Position numbers and translations under genes: made by a program | Shown here: positions 1 to 10,500 of the stretch, one piece after another | How positions within the stretch are numbered: position 1 is the stretch's first letter | How the letters are laid out: every line of letters starts with the position of its first letter | Notes under the pieces: model-generated | The model's database searches: none | What the model saw: only the letters and a program-made list of their open reading frames with translations | What the model was told of the DNA's origin: nothing | Assembly (NCBI GenBank): GCA_000004985.1 | Contig: GG738849.1 | Reading direction: 5' to 3' (one strand) | Origin: Naegleria gruberi | Lineage: Eukaryota | Length of the DNA: 64,000 bases

Positions 1-175
1 AAGAAATCCATTGTTTTAAAATGTTTAAATTCTTGACAATATTGAAAATTTCCCAAATAAATATTTGAATTCTTTGGACTGGTGGCATTTCTTCAAATTT
101 TGAATATTCCACATTGGAGGTATTAGTATCCCCTTTACTTTCCGATTCTTTTTGTTCTATATTATTGTGACTCAT
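1..175 (-). CDS. Partial CDS (N-terminal ~58 codons). ATG at 175..173, preceded in frame by TAA, open to the window edge. Hypothetical protein.
   Basis: Minus-strand frame MSHNNIEQKESESKGDTNTSNVEYSKFEEMPPVQRIQIFIWEIFNIVKNLNILKQWIS... is uninterrupted to position 1. No recognisable domain. Not in the ORF track because it is under 60 aa. Confidence 0.3.
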   Translation of the reverse strand, partial: MSHNNIEQKESESKGDTNTSNVEYSKFEEMPPVQRIQIFIWEIFNIVKNLNILKQWIS

Positions 176-288
176 TTAGACTCTTCACTTTTTAAATGTA
201 GCTGTACAAAGTAGAGATGGGAAGAAAAACAATCAATTTTTCAAAGTAATTTTTTTAATGAATTTAAAATTTTATTCTTGAATAAAAA

Positions 289-765
289 ATGCGTTTGGGT
301 TCCGTCTGTTCATTGGTTGCCAGAAAACCATCCCAACAACAACTTTCATCAGCAACATCTAGAGTTGTTTTGCAATGCAAGCAAAATCAATATAAATTCT
401 TGATGAATCAAACTTTCAATAATACAACAATTAAACGTTCATATAGCGAAGCCGCTGAAGAAGAGGAAGATGATGAAACTAAACTCAGAAGACAACTCGC
501 TAACCTTCCAAAACCTCTCCTAGACCCACTTATCGTTCCGAGAAGAAGAAGAGGAATAACTGTGGAATCATTTTTAAAGAATATCGGTAAAGGATGCGAA
601 GAACATGTAGATAAATTTACTTCATGGGAAGATTTGTTCACCTCCAAGTCTCTCAAATTGAAGGTTAAGGAAATACCAGTTGCCCAACGTCGTTGGATTT
701 TGAAATGGTTGGAAAGATATAGAAAGGGCGAAGTTCCAGGATATCCACAAACCTACTTGCATTAA
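289..765 (+). CDS. Mitochondrial ribosomal protein mS41 (MRPS41/Fyv4 family), 158 aa, single exon.
   Basis: ATG at 289, stop TAA at 763-765. Basic, acid-free N-terminal presequence-like segment. C-terminal IGKGCEEHVDKFTSWEDLF...IPVAQRRWILKWLERYRKG matches my memory of the mS41 SAM-like domain. Confidence 0.55.
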   Translation: MRLGSVCSLVARKPSQQQLSSATSRVVLQCKQNQYKFLMNQTFNNTTIKRSYSEAAEEEEDDETKLRRQLANLPKPLLDPLIVPRRRRGITVESFLKNIGKGCEEHVDKFTSWEDLFTSKSLKLKVKEIPVAQRRWILKWLERYRKGEVPGYPQTYLH

Positions 766-1068
766 TTTCTCAATCTACAAAAGTAGTGTGAAATGTGTTA
801 GTTGTTGCTGTTTACTTTGGATACATCTCTCTCTAATTATTATTATTACTTATCATCATCGGTATACTACTGCTACACCATTATCTCGATTTTTTGAAAA
901 AAAGCTTTAAGGCAATAAAAAAATACTATTTAAAAATTAATTATTCATCATAATTATTATTATTAAATAGATTTATAGTTGCCATTTTAATTTGATTTAA
1001 TTTGATTATTATTTCAAAAAGAAAAAACAATAATAGTAAAATTCTATTTTTAAAAACTTTAAAAAAAA

Positions 1069-2457
1069 ATGAATGGTAATAACAGACCAACAAATGGACA
1101 AGTGATGAGTGATGACTTGGAAGAATACTCGGAAAATCCATGTATTGTAGATTTATTTGATAAGAGAAATAAATTTCTAACGGAACAATCACTAGCCGTG
1201 GATACTACAAGCCTACAATCTGAAGTGTATGGACAAGATGTTCAACGTATTGGATGGGAAGTTAGTATTAAGAAGTCCCGATCAAATTATAGACTTGAAA
1301 GAATGAAGACGTATGATAAAGCACTGGAAAAGAATGCTGATGAGAGTAAACCAATTGGTGATTTGTGTGATATGGAGAGTAAATTACACTTTCCGACAGA
1401 TGAAAAATGTTGCTTTTATTCGTTTAAATCAAATTCTAGACAAACACCATGCTCGTTTACTCACTTTCAATTGAGACATATGATAGCAGCAACTTCGCCT
1501 ACTGATGTATATTATATGAATGATAATTCAATTCATCATTGGAATTCTATAACAAGAACAACTCAACAAGCTGATGGAAAATTATCAAATTCGAAAGTAT
1601 CAATGGATCTCAGGAAGGGAAAGGGAATTGTAAAGGATTTAACTTATATGGATTCGGAAGCTTCAGGAATTTTAATATCAACACTTAATGCTAATTACCC
1701 ATATCTGGTAGCTGGTGGATTTAAAGGAGAAATTGTAATTATGAATTTAGAGAATGATGGAGAGGTTATTTACAATAACCGAATATCACACTCTGCCAAC
1801 TCTATAACAAATTATTTAGATTTGAAGGGAAATTCATTGTTAGTGTCAAGTAATGATGGGTTTGTTAGAAAGTTTGATCTTCCTACAATGGACATGATTT
1901 CAGCAGTATCTTTTGATTATTGTATCAATAATTCAGTGACTCAGTCAAAGAATGGTAAATTAATGGCATGCATTGGAGATACTTATGAAGTTGTTGTTTG
2001 TGATCAGGAGGGAACACCTTCATCCATGATGAAACTTTCTGGGCATATGGACTTTAGTTTTGCCATTGATTGGAATCCTGTAAATGAATATCAATTCACC
2101 ACAGGAAGTCAAGATAAATTGGTTTGTGTTTGGGATATCAGAAAGCCAACAGGTCCTGTTCATACAATTCCTGGCATTATAGGAGCCATTAGATCTGTAA
2201 GGTATTCTGAGGATGGTCAATTTTTGGCCTCATCAGAACCAGCAGACTTTGTACATGTTTATGATGTAAATAGTGAATTTAGCAGAGAACATGTTATAGA
2301 TATTTATGGAGAAATTGTTGGTATTGCATTCAGTAGGAATGATGGTGGACAGAGTCTTTATATTGGCATTTATGATAGACATTTTAGATCACTCATGGAA
2401 TTATCGAGATATTCATCCAGATCCCTTAGTTCAAGCTTTGATTCATTGTTAATATAA
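1069..2457 (+). CDS. WD40-repeat protein, 462 aa, single exon. C-terminus resembles the DUF2415 type.
   Basis: AAAAAAAAATG start context. WD-repeat signatures (…LVCVWDIRKP…, …LASSEPADFVHVYDV…). C-terminal IDIYGEIVGIAFSRNDGGQSLYIGIYD resembles the DUF2415 motif found at the end of a fungal and animal WD-protein family. Confidence 0.7.
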   Translation: MNGNNRPTNGQVMSDDLEEYSENPCIVDLFDKRNKFLTEQSLAVDTTSLQSEVYGQDVQRIGWEVSIKKSRSNYRLERMKTYDKALEKNADESKPIGDLCDMESKLHFPTDEKCCFYSFKSNSRQTPCSFTHFQLRHMIAATSPTDVYYMNDNSIHHWNSITRTTQQADGKLSNSKVSMDLRKGKGIVKDLTYMDSEASGILISTLNANYPYLVAGGFKGEIVIMNLENDGEVIYNNRISHSANSITNYLDLKGNSLLVSSNDGFVRKFDLPTMDMISAVSFDYCINNSVTQSKNGKLMACIGDTYEVVVCDQEGTPSSMMKLSGHMDFSFAIDWNPVNEYQFTTGSQDKLVCVWDIRKPTGPVHTIPGIIGAIRSVRYSEDGQFLASSEPADFVHVYDVNSEFSREHVIDIYGEIVGIAFSRNDGGQSLYIGIYDRHFRSLMELSRYSSRSLSSSFDSLLI

Positions 2458-2561
2458 TCATGTCACAATTACATTTTAACTTGTTTTCTTTTTTCTGCCT
2501 ACCATATACAGATAATGAAGATAATCTCGTAGAGATAGTAAATATTCTAATGTACACAAGT

Positions 2562-4426
2562 TTATTTTCTTCTTGGGATTGGAGGAGGTGAACGAGCTGC
2601 ACCAGATGTCGTACTCGATTCAGAATCAGTACTTGTTCTTGGTGGAGGTAAAGGTTTGGCAGAAGAATCTGATTTGGATGCAAAACGTGATGGAAGAGGA
2701 GGCTTATTAAATGTTAAATTTCCAGAAGGGACTGGTGGAAGAGTTGGTCGATCCTCTTGTGGCTTTCTTGGTGGAATTGTAAAAGTGGTTGTTGGAGAGC
2801 TCTCAGAACGAGGTGATTCAAGAACAGTAGCTCTTCTAGGAGGAAGTGGTTTTGGAGGCTTCTTTTCGAGACCTACATCAAAACAAACATCTCCTGCTTT
2901 CATTACTCGTGAGAGTCTTTTAATCTCTGCTGTTGCCTCTCTACTATTACTTATTGAACTCATACTGTCCATGACTGAAAGAACACTCTTCGATGAATCA
3001 GATCGATTGGCAAACACTGATCTTGATGTTTCTCTGCTTGGAGGTTTAGGTAAAGTAATAGGTTTAGATTCTGTATCACTCGGAGTTGTTTCAACACTAT
3101 TGCCTGATGAAGGATTAATTACTGAAGGAGAATGTCTTTTTGGAAGAGGAGGTTTTTTAACAGAACTTGTTGGTAGCTGTGGAAGTGTTGTACTCGTTGG
3201 TGTTGAAGATGTTGATGATGGACTTGGGAGAGTTTTTGAGGTAGTAGGAGTTGTTGGACTCATGTCAGTATTCACACTAATTTTTGGTTTGGTTGAAGGT
3301 GGTTTTGGAGTTTCTTTCTTTGTTCCAACTAATTCATCCTTTCCTCCAAAGAAGAATTCATATTCTGCAATAAGACTTTCAGTGAGACTTGTTGCAAATC
3401 TGGCTTCACTCAATTGCATTTGAAGAACGTTGCAATACATTGGTGGTGGACGAAGGATATTTGGTGCAAATACAATGGCTAAATTTGAGGCATCCATTTT
3501 GTTAATTGAAGAATTGTTGTGAATGGTATTCAAAAATTTACACAACTTTTTCAAAACGAAATAATTTGATCTTGGAAGGAAACGAAGAACATTTCTAATA
3601 ACTTTCAATCTTACTTCATCATCTGGAATACCATCACTGTAATAATATTAGCTCAATAATACTTGTTTTTGTGAACTTACCTAGCAATAAACATATCGTA
3701 ATGGTCAAATGTCATGAGTGGTTCAGGTAATTCTCTAATATACATTTTCAATAAACTGGAAACATTATTAATAGTATTTTGAGGAAATATTTCAACAAAA
3801 TTCATTCCTACAATTTCCAACAAGTTAGTATAAAGATTTTGTCTATTCAATGCAACAAATGGAACACTGTCAGGAGGAACATTACTTGGATAAAAGTAAA
3901 CTAAAAACTTTTGAATGAGATGATTTTCTCTCATATTATAGTTGGAAATTTCATCATCATCCGCAGTTGGTGTTCCCAAACTATCATCATCAGAATCAGA
4001 ATCATAATCATTTGTCTTTGGAACATTGTCATATTTTCCCTTGATGAGTTGTTCCTTGAGAGCACTAATACTAGCAGCTTGACCACTCAACCTGAAAATA
4101 CCCTCTAAGTAAAATAGATATTAGAAATTCAATGTACATGTATATAAAAACAAACCTGTCGTTGGACAATCATTGTTATTTTCAAGCCAATTCAAACATA
4201 ACCACAATAGTTTTGGATAGATAACAAAACGTTTTCCACCAGTGGCTGTTTCATCTTCCTCCTGAATGAGAAGAGAGGTACGAATTGATGTAATTTGCGT
4301 CTTGAGTGGTTGTCCAAATATATGATTAGGATCAAATTCCTTGTTCTTATTCTTCTTCTTTTTACTCTTCTTCTTTTCAGAAAAGTTTCCAGCATCAGCT
4401 GCGGAAGACAATTTCAAAAATCCCAT
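2562..4426 (-). CDS. RhoGAP-domain protein with a Ser/Thr/Pro-rich C-terminal tail. Three exons: 4426..4156, 4104..3681, 3636..2562.
   Basis: ATG at 4426..4424. Intron 1 (51 nt, GTTTGT…TTAG) joins …CPTTG to (E)GIFRLSGQ, the RhoGAP arginine-finger motif. Intron 2 (44 nt, GTAAGT…ACAG) joins …DMFIA(S)DGIPDDEV… Exon phases are consistent (271/424/1075 nt). Rest of the GAP domain: …FAPNILRPP…. Stop TAA at 2564..2562. Confidence 0.75.
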
Positions 4427-4931
4427 TTTCTATTATATTATATTATATACTCTACTTGTCAATTTATAATTAATTAAATATATTTAATAATGTAGAATAA
4501 TAATAATTAAATTATATATATACAAAAATTCCTCTCCAACTATATATCCTTCTCTCTCAAATAATAATAATAATTTTTACTACTACTACGACTATTACTA
4601 ATAATAATAACAACACAAACTATCAAAACCTCCGGAGAAAAAGATTAGAAAATATGTGATGTTTTCTTTTTTCAGAGAGAGTTTCAGAAAATATTTTTTT
4701 ATCTGATAATTTTTGTGCTGGATTTTGTGATTTGTGTGGTAAAAACGTTCGCAATATTGAATGTGTTTGACACTTTTTGATTCGTTGCATTGATCTGTCA
4801 ACTGCTAGTTCTGTTTTGGGAGTGGGCAACTGATTTTATTGTTAATGAAGGTCATGGAATGTTATTTTCAAGTTTAGGGTATTTAAAATAGAGAGTGTTA
4901 GCGAGGGTTTACAATTGTTTTGATTGTATAT

Positions 4932-7454
4932 TTAGAAAGTTTGTTGGTGATCTTCTGCAAATATGCCAATTTTTCTCTTTACTCTGTTTAATAGAGCCTC
5001 TTCAATAGAGCTTGTTCCATTGACATAAAGTTCTTCTACCCATAATATTTCATTTACCCAAGGAGAAATAATTTGATTGTCTATAAGATATTCCACAATT
5101 TCCAATATTTCCATCTCTAGTTTTTGATTAATGCTTACTCGGTAAAGAATTTGCAAATGTTGCACCAGTTTTGGAGCTAGTTCAGCCATATTTCTTCTGT
5201 CTATTAAACAAGTGGAAAAGGCGTTAACATATAATTCGTCTAACTTGTCAATATGAGTTGAACCTTGTTTAAAGTTAGTAAAGCATTCTATTGTTTCAAA
5301 CATAGCATTGATTGATTCATTCAAAATTACAAGAGATCTCTCACCACCATTAAGAGCAACATCGTTTCTAATAATCCTATTACATGCCCAAAAAGCTTGC
5401 GACATTTTATCCACGATTATATTAGGAATCCAAAGCATGTCATCTTCAAAATCTTCCATATCAGCAATCTCCTTAATAATTATTGGCAAAATGTAATCAT
5501 AGATAAAATCCTTCTTTCCTCCTTCATTGATAGAATTATTAGTCAACATGTCCATGGAGAGATGAGTGTGTAATATTCCAATTTCACTCAAAGTTCCAAG
5601 CAATGTGAATAGTGAATGATATTGTGTGTATGCAAATGGATCTCCAATCTTAATGAGAATTCGTATTAGATTGGCAAGAAATGAATAGGAGTGTTTGTTG
5701 AAAGCTTCAAGTAGAGCTTTTCTTTCTATCCATCTGCAAATTTCTATCAACACCACCGTAAGTGGCACAATCATTGAATTAAACAGTTCCTGTATGCTGT
5801 AGCTTGACATTTCTTCTGTCTTTTCCTTAATATAGGAAAGAAGTTTCTCACATAGTACATTATCATTAATTAATTGAAATGCGTTTCCGATTAAGAGGAG
5901 GCATTGATTAATATTCTTCTTATGTAGGTTTGTTTTTTCTTCCTCGTTTTCAACTGTTAAATATTCCATCGTTTCATTCACACACACAGTTTCGAATAAA
6001 TTGTTAATCTTGAATTTCAAACCTTCCAAAATTGATTCACTAATTTCTGATTTGCTAATATTCAGACTGTTAGTAATGCCTTTCAACAAGGCACAATAAT
6101 CTGTGATATCATTACTACTCAATTCATGAGATTTAATGATACAATCAAGTAAATCATCAGAATAATAATTAGTTTTTGAAAAGAAAAGACCAAGGGCCTT
6201 CTTGGTGACTAATCTTATATCCCTATTCTCAGAGGAGAGTAATTTCTTACAAATTTGAATAATTGCAGAGACTTGATTCTTAACATTTTGAGTTTCAATC
6301 GAAGATAAATCAATTAGAGAAATACTGTCGAGAGCTGTTATGATAGATCTTTTTGCCAATAAATCTCCACTCTCCAACTCACTCTGTTGTTGCAAAGTGT
6401 CAAATATGAAATCCTTAAAGAGAGCTGCTACGTAAGATTTGTTTTTAAAGGCAGAAGGATCTTGTTTACAATCATAGTTCAATATATTACTAATCATTCG
6501 TAATATTTTGTGTTTGATTACCCAAACAGTCTTTCCATAATTATTTCTAATTCTTGGAAATAAATTTTCAGATATAATGGTAGAATCATCTTTGGTGTTC
6601 TTGATTTGTGCCAAATCATTCTCCATCATATCTAGAATGCATTTTGCAAAATTAATTGACAAGTGAAACAATTTTCCAAGTAATGTGAATAATTTTTTTG
6701 TAACATTTGTCTTCTTCTTTGTAGAACTAGCCTCAGCAAAGTTATAGAGACAAAAAATGAAATATCGTGCCAGTAAAAGACCGAAAGCCTGATTTTTGTA
6801 ATAGTTTTTAGCCTTAAGTTCATAATCATCCTCTGTAGGTGTTGTTATATATTCAATAAATTGATTCCAATAATAAAAGAGATCGGTCAATAACCAACTA
6901 TTTGCTCCTGATAAATAACTTTCAGGATTTTCTTTCAACAATTGATTCTTTCTTTCCAAAAAGTAATTAGAAACCGTTAACAATAGAAAACATGGTGGAA
7001 ATTCAGTAAATCCGACATGTGAAATTGGTTTTCTACACTTTAAAACTTCAGCATGCACCTTTACAATAAAATGTAAAACAACTTTTTGCCAATTCTCCAA
7101 ATTATCAATTCCACATTCGAATGGTTCCACTTCGGCACCTTTCCTCACCTCTTGATAAATATGGTTTGCACAACGAAAGAATTGGGGTATAATTCTCTCC
7201 TCTGCATAATCCATAAATTGACAAAACTCTCTCACTTCACAATTCATCCAATTACACGAAATGGCTGTGGAAAGGTAGTAATAAATTAGAATAATCATTT
7301 TCATGCAAGCTTGTTGCTCAGTATCCGAATCATATACTTCCGAATATACTTTCAACTCATTTTCATCACACAACTTTCCTANNNNNNNNNNNNNNNNNNN
7401 NNNNNNNNNNNNNNNNNNNNNNNNNNNNNNNAAACACGATTTGTTACAAGACAA
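4932..7454 (-). CDS. Large alpha-helical protein of unknown function. At least 840 codons, single ORF. Extreme N-terminus interrupted by an assembly gap.
   Basis: Continuous 2.5-kb minus-strand ORF with coding-like composition. The N run at 7382..7431 lies 7 codons after the nominal start, so the real 5' end is undetermined. No confidently recognisable domain. Confidence 0.55.
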   Translation of the reverse strand: MSCNKSCXXXXXXXXXXXXXXXXXXGKLCDENELKVYSEVYDSDTEQQACMKMIILIYYYLSTAISCNWMNCEVREFCQFMDYAEERIIPQFFRCANHIYQEVRKGAEVEPFECGIDNLENWQKVVLHFIVKVHAEVLKCRKPISHVGFTEFPPCFLLLTVSNYFLERKNQLLKENPESYLSGANSWLLTDLFYYWNQFIEYITTPTEDDYELKAKNYYKNQAFGLLLARYFIFCLYNFAEASSTKKKTNVTKKLFTLLGKLFHLSINFAKCILDMMENDLAQIKNTKDDSTIISENLFPRIRNNYGKTVWVIKHKILRMISNILNYDCKQDPSAFKNKSYVAALFKDFIFDTLQQQSELESGDLLAKRSIITALDSISLIDLSSIETQNVKNQVSAIIQICKKLLSSENRDIRLVTKKALGLFFSKTNYYSDDLLDCIIKSHELSSNDITDYCALLKGITNSLNISKSEISESILEGLKFKINNLFETVCVNETMEYLTVENEEEKTNLHKKNINQCLLLIGNAFQLINDNVLCEKLLSYIKEKTEEMSSYSIQELFNSMIVPLTVVLIEICRWIERKALLEAFNKHSYSFLANLIRILIKIGDPFAYTQYHSLFTLLGTLSEIGILHTHLSMDMLTNNSINEGGKKDFIYDYILPIIIKEIADMEDFEDDMLWIPNIIVDKMSQAFWACNRIIRNDVALNGGERSLVILNESINAMFETIECFTNFKQGSTHIDKLDELYVNAFSTCLIDRRNMAELAPKLVQHLQILYRVSINQKLEMEILEIVEYLIDNQIISPWVNEILWVEELYVNGTSSIEEALLNRVKRKIGIFAEDHQQTF
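7382..7431. other. Assembly gap: 50 consecutive N.
   Basis: Literal n characters in the sequence. Interrupts the 5' end of the 4932..7454 CDS. Indicates a draft assembly, which is relevant to the apparent frameshift at ~56745. Confidence 0.99.
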
Positions 7455-7599
7455 CTACTGCACAATTTTATTTATTACAGTTATTTGAAATACAGTATCT
7501 CTGCAAATGGTTCTTTTAATAGTGTGTTTTAGGCCTTCCTTTTCTGCTTTGTAACGAAACGTCCATAAAACTGTTATTCATCATAGATATTATTTATTA

Positions 7600-10500
7600 T
7601 TATTTGGATAGGAGAGTTTCACAAATGTCTTGGTCAATTTGGTTATATTTCAACAAGACTTCTAAAATGAGAATAATCTTTTTTAGGGAAGGTCTTTGGT
7701 TAGGATTCAGTCTTGTCATTTGTTGGAGGAGACCAATTAAGAGTTGTTCATTTTGATGTGAACAGTAGTAAAAGGATTTTTTTAACTTTTCCATATTTGG
7801 TGTAGTATTTAAGGAAGTTTCATTGGATGCATTGAATGGAGTTGAGGAGGAAGGGTTGATTCTTTCAGAGCTTGGAGGAGAAGCCAAGAGAGAGGAAGCA
7901 GACATTGGAGAACTTGTTTCAGAGCTTGAAATTTTGACGAAACCATCCGAATGGTGATTAATGGAAGAATTGTTGGAAGGATTATGAAGTCTTGGAGAGA
8001 TTAAGTGAGGAATAGCTTCACTCTTCAATAAACTCATGTGAATTTTGGAAGCCATGATTTGATGAGTGAGTTTTTCATCTCTTGAGATTGCTTCCTCAAT
8101 CGAAACATATTCGAAATTTGTTGCATTGGTTTGAATAGTTGCACTTTCTAAATTATTTCCAACAGTAGTATTAGAAGAAGATGCAATACCATCTGTTTGT
8201 CCAGTACCATTCAGCAATTCTTGATGGTCAACTTCCTTCTTAATTATTACAGTTGTAGTTGAGGTTGGAGACGAAACTGTTGAATTATCTGAACTTTCAC
8301 CATGTTGATGCAAATTAGACAACCTAATAAATGATTCCTTTGTAATGAGTTGATAAAAAACACATCCCAATCTGAAAATATCATCCTTCTCATCCAAATA
8401 TCTTTCAATATCACCATCAAAATTTAACTTTTCTTGATTATTGACATTGGATGACATTATTTCACGCAATACCATTTGTTTTCTTAAAGTAGAATGATTA
8501 GTACTTGAAGTGGTTGATGTTGGTGTTGTAGATCTAATAGTAGACCATTCATTTGAGTGTTGCTTGTTGTGATATTGTTCCATCACTTGTCTGTTTTTAA
8601 ATTGGACAGTTCCATCAAGGATTGAAAAATCCCAAGGTTTAAACCAATCAGTGAGTTTCACATTGAGATTTGACTTGTGTTGATCACCCAATAATGTATC
8701 ATTCTCATCAAATGCCTTAATAATTACTGATTTCAATTCTTGTTGCTTTGCTTCTGACAAACTATTCGAAACACTATTATCAAACAATAACAAATCAGCC
8801 TTAAAATCACTACCAGCAGGTGTTACACACGACTGAGTCGATCTAAAACTTGAATCTTTCTCTTCATTATAATTCATCAAAATCTTTTCCAATTTCAATG
8901 AAGGAAAAACAATCGAATTCTGATGCAAATGTGAAAGACCTTTCGTTGACTGCAAACAAACATCAATCAACTCTAAATAATTCATGAATCGATGATTTCT
9001 AATCATAAATTCAACTCTCTTCTCCAAATTGGAACCATTCATATAGGGAAGTTCAATGAAAATTTCAAATCGTTCAGATCTACATCTTCTAATGGTATAA
9101 TCAGAGAATGTCATGACATTTGGATGTTTTGGAAATAGTATCATGGACTCGACACCTTTACCAACTTCTGTTAAATCTGATTTTGTGAAATTTGTCAAAT
9201 GTTTCAAAGCACAGAGTGAGCTTGTCTTGACTTTGACAGATTTGTAAATTTTAGAGTGGTGATTGGAGAAAATTCTCTTCAGAATTAGATATCTATTACC
9301 AAGTACATGAGGTCTAATTCTTCTCTCAAAACCATAACAGTCAATTGGGGAAGTGACATGTTGGAGAAGGAATTTCATTAACATTTCAACTTCATTTCCT
9401 CTCTTGAGATGAATCTTCTTCTCCATCCAATCTACCATTCTAATTACTTGATCTTCAACCAATTCTTCCAAACTTGCATATTCTTTCACTTTCTTTTTCA
9501 CACTTTCGAATAAATTCTTCAAATTTAAAATGAAATTCCATTCATCCTCCAAAGAAACCATAAAAGTTCCATCATATAACTGTTGATTCTGTTCAGAATA
9601 TAATTGTTTAGCAAATGTAGCAATGAAAATTGCAAAAATCAATCTCTCATTAATTTCCCTCTGATAATTTTCATCACTTTTTGTAAACATCATTTGGAGA
9701 ATATTCTTCTTTTTGAGTGGAATGTCAAATAGGAAGGAGAGAATTTGTTGTTCATTGTGTGGAGTTACTTTTTGTTTGAGTTTGAGTTTGACATTTCTAA
9801 AATCAAATCTTTTCAAACAAATTTCAATAACTGGACAAGTGACTTGATAAGATTCAAAATGATCGACTAGGAATTCAACTTGTGCAAGTTCCCTTTCATC
9901 ATTAATTGGTGTATTCAAACAATAACCATGAACATTCAAATTAGTAAAAAGTGCCTTGACAGAATTCATCACAATATTATACGAATCTTGATTTGGTGGA
10001 ATGTAATTTTCAATTATGACTGCTTGCTCACCACTCTTCTCAGATCCACTCCAACTACTCCCCAATTGACCTGTCAAATATTGTGCATTAGTCAATTGTT
10101 GTGGTTTCACTGCACTATACCTCAAATTACCTCCTTGAACAATTTCTCTCAACAAGTCATGAAAAATTTCCTTAACTTTTTGTTGAATTAAACTTTTTGG
10201 TTCATCACTATTCATTTCAATGAATGGAACGTAATAGTAGAGTGATTTTTTTAATCCTTCACGTTTGGAAACTTGTCTTTCTTTACCATTTTGAGAAGTT
10301 ACAAAGATGGAGGAGGATGAGGAATTGGATCGAAGTGAGGTTGAGTGATGTTTGTTGTTGGTTGTGTTTGATAGGATGGTTGTTGAATTATTGTTATTAT
10401 TCCAGTATTTGGTGGCACTGGAAAGTGAAACAATTGAGGCTTTTCTTGAGGAATCGGATAGATCGGCATTGTCTTGCATCAATTGACCACTTGTACTTGT

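Noticed and set aside
408-656. Short antisense or overlapping ORFs from the track lying inside or opposite better-supported genes. Examples: 408..656-, 2020..2220-, 2656..3423+, 9880..10191+, 10224..10511+, 12573..13034-, 15061..15339+, 17426..17779+, 24792..25097+, 26529..26762+, 42253..42615-.
   Set aside because: They overlap, on the opposite strand or in another frame, ORFs with clear homology and coding composition. Translations are low-complexity or hydrophobic noise typical of shadow ORFs in AT-rich DNA.
4441-4620. AT-rich (ATAATA)n-like low-complexity block between the RhoGAP start and the downstream gene, considered as a possible mobile-element remnant or satellite.
   Set aside because: It is ordinary AT-rich intergenic/promoter simple sequence. 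No terminal repeats, target-site duplications or transposase/RT ORFs anywhere in the window.
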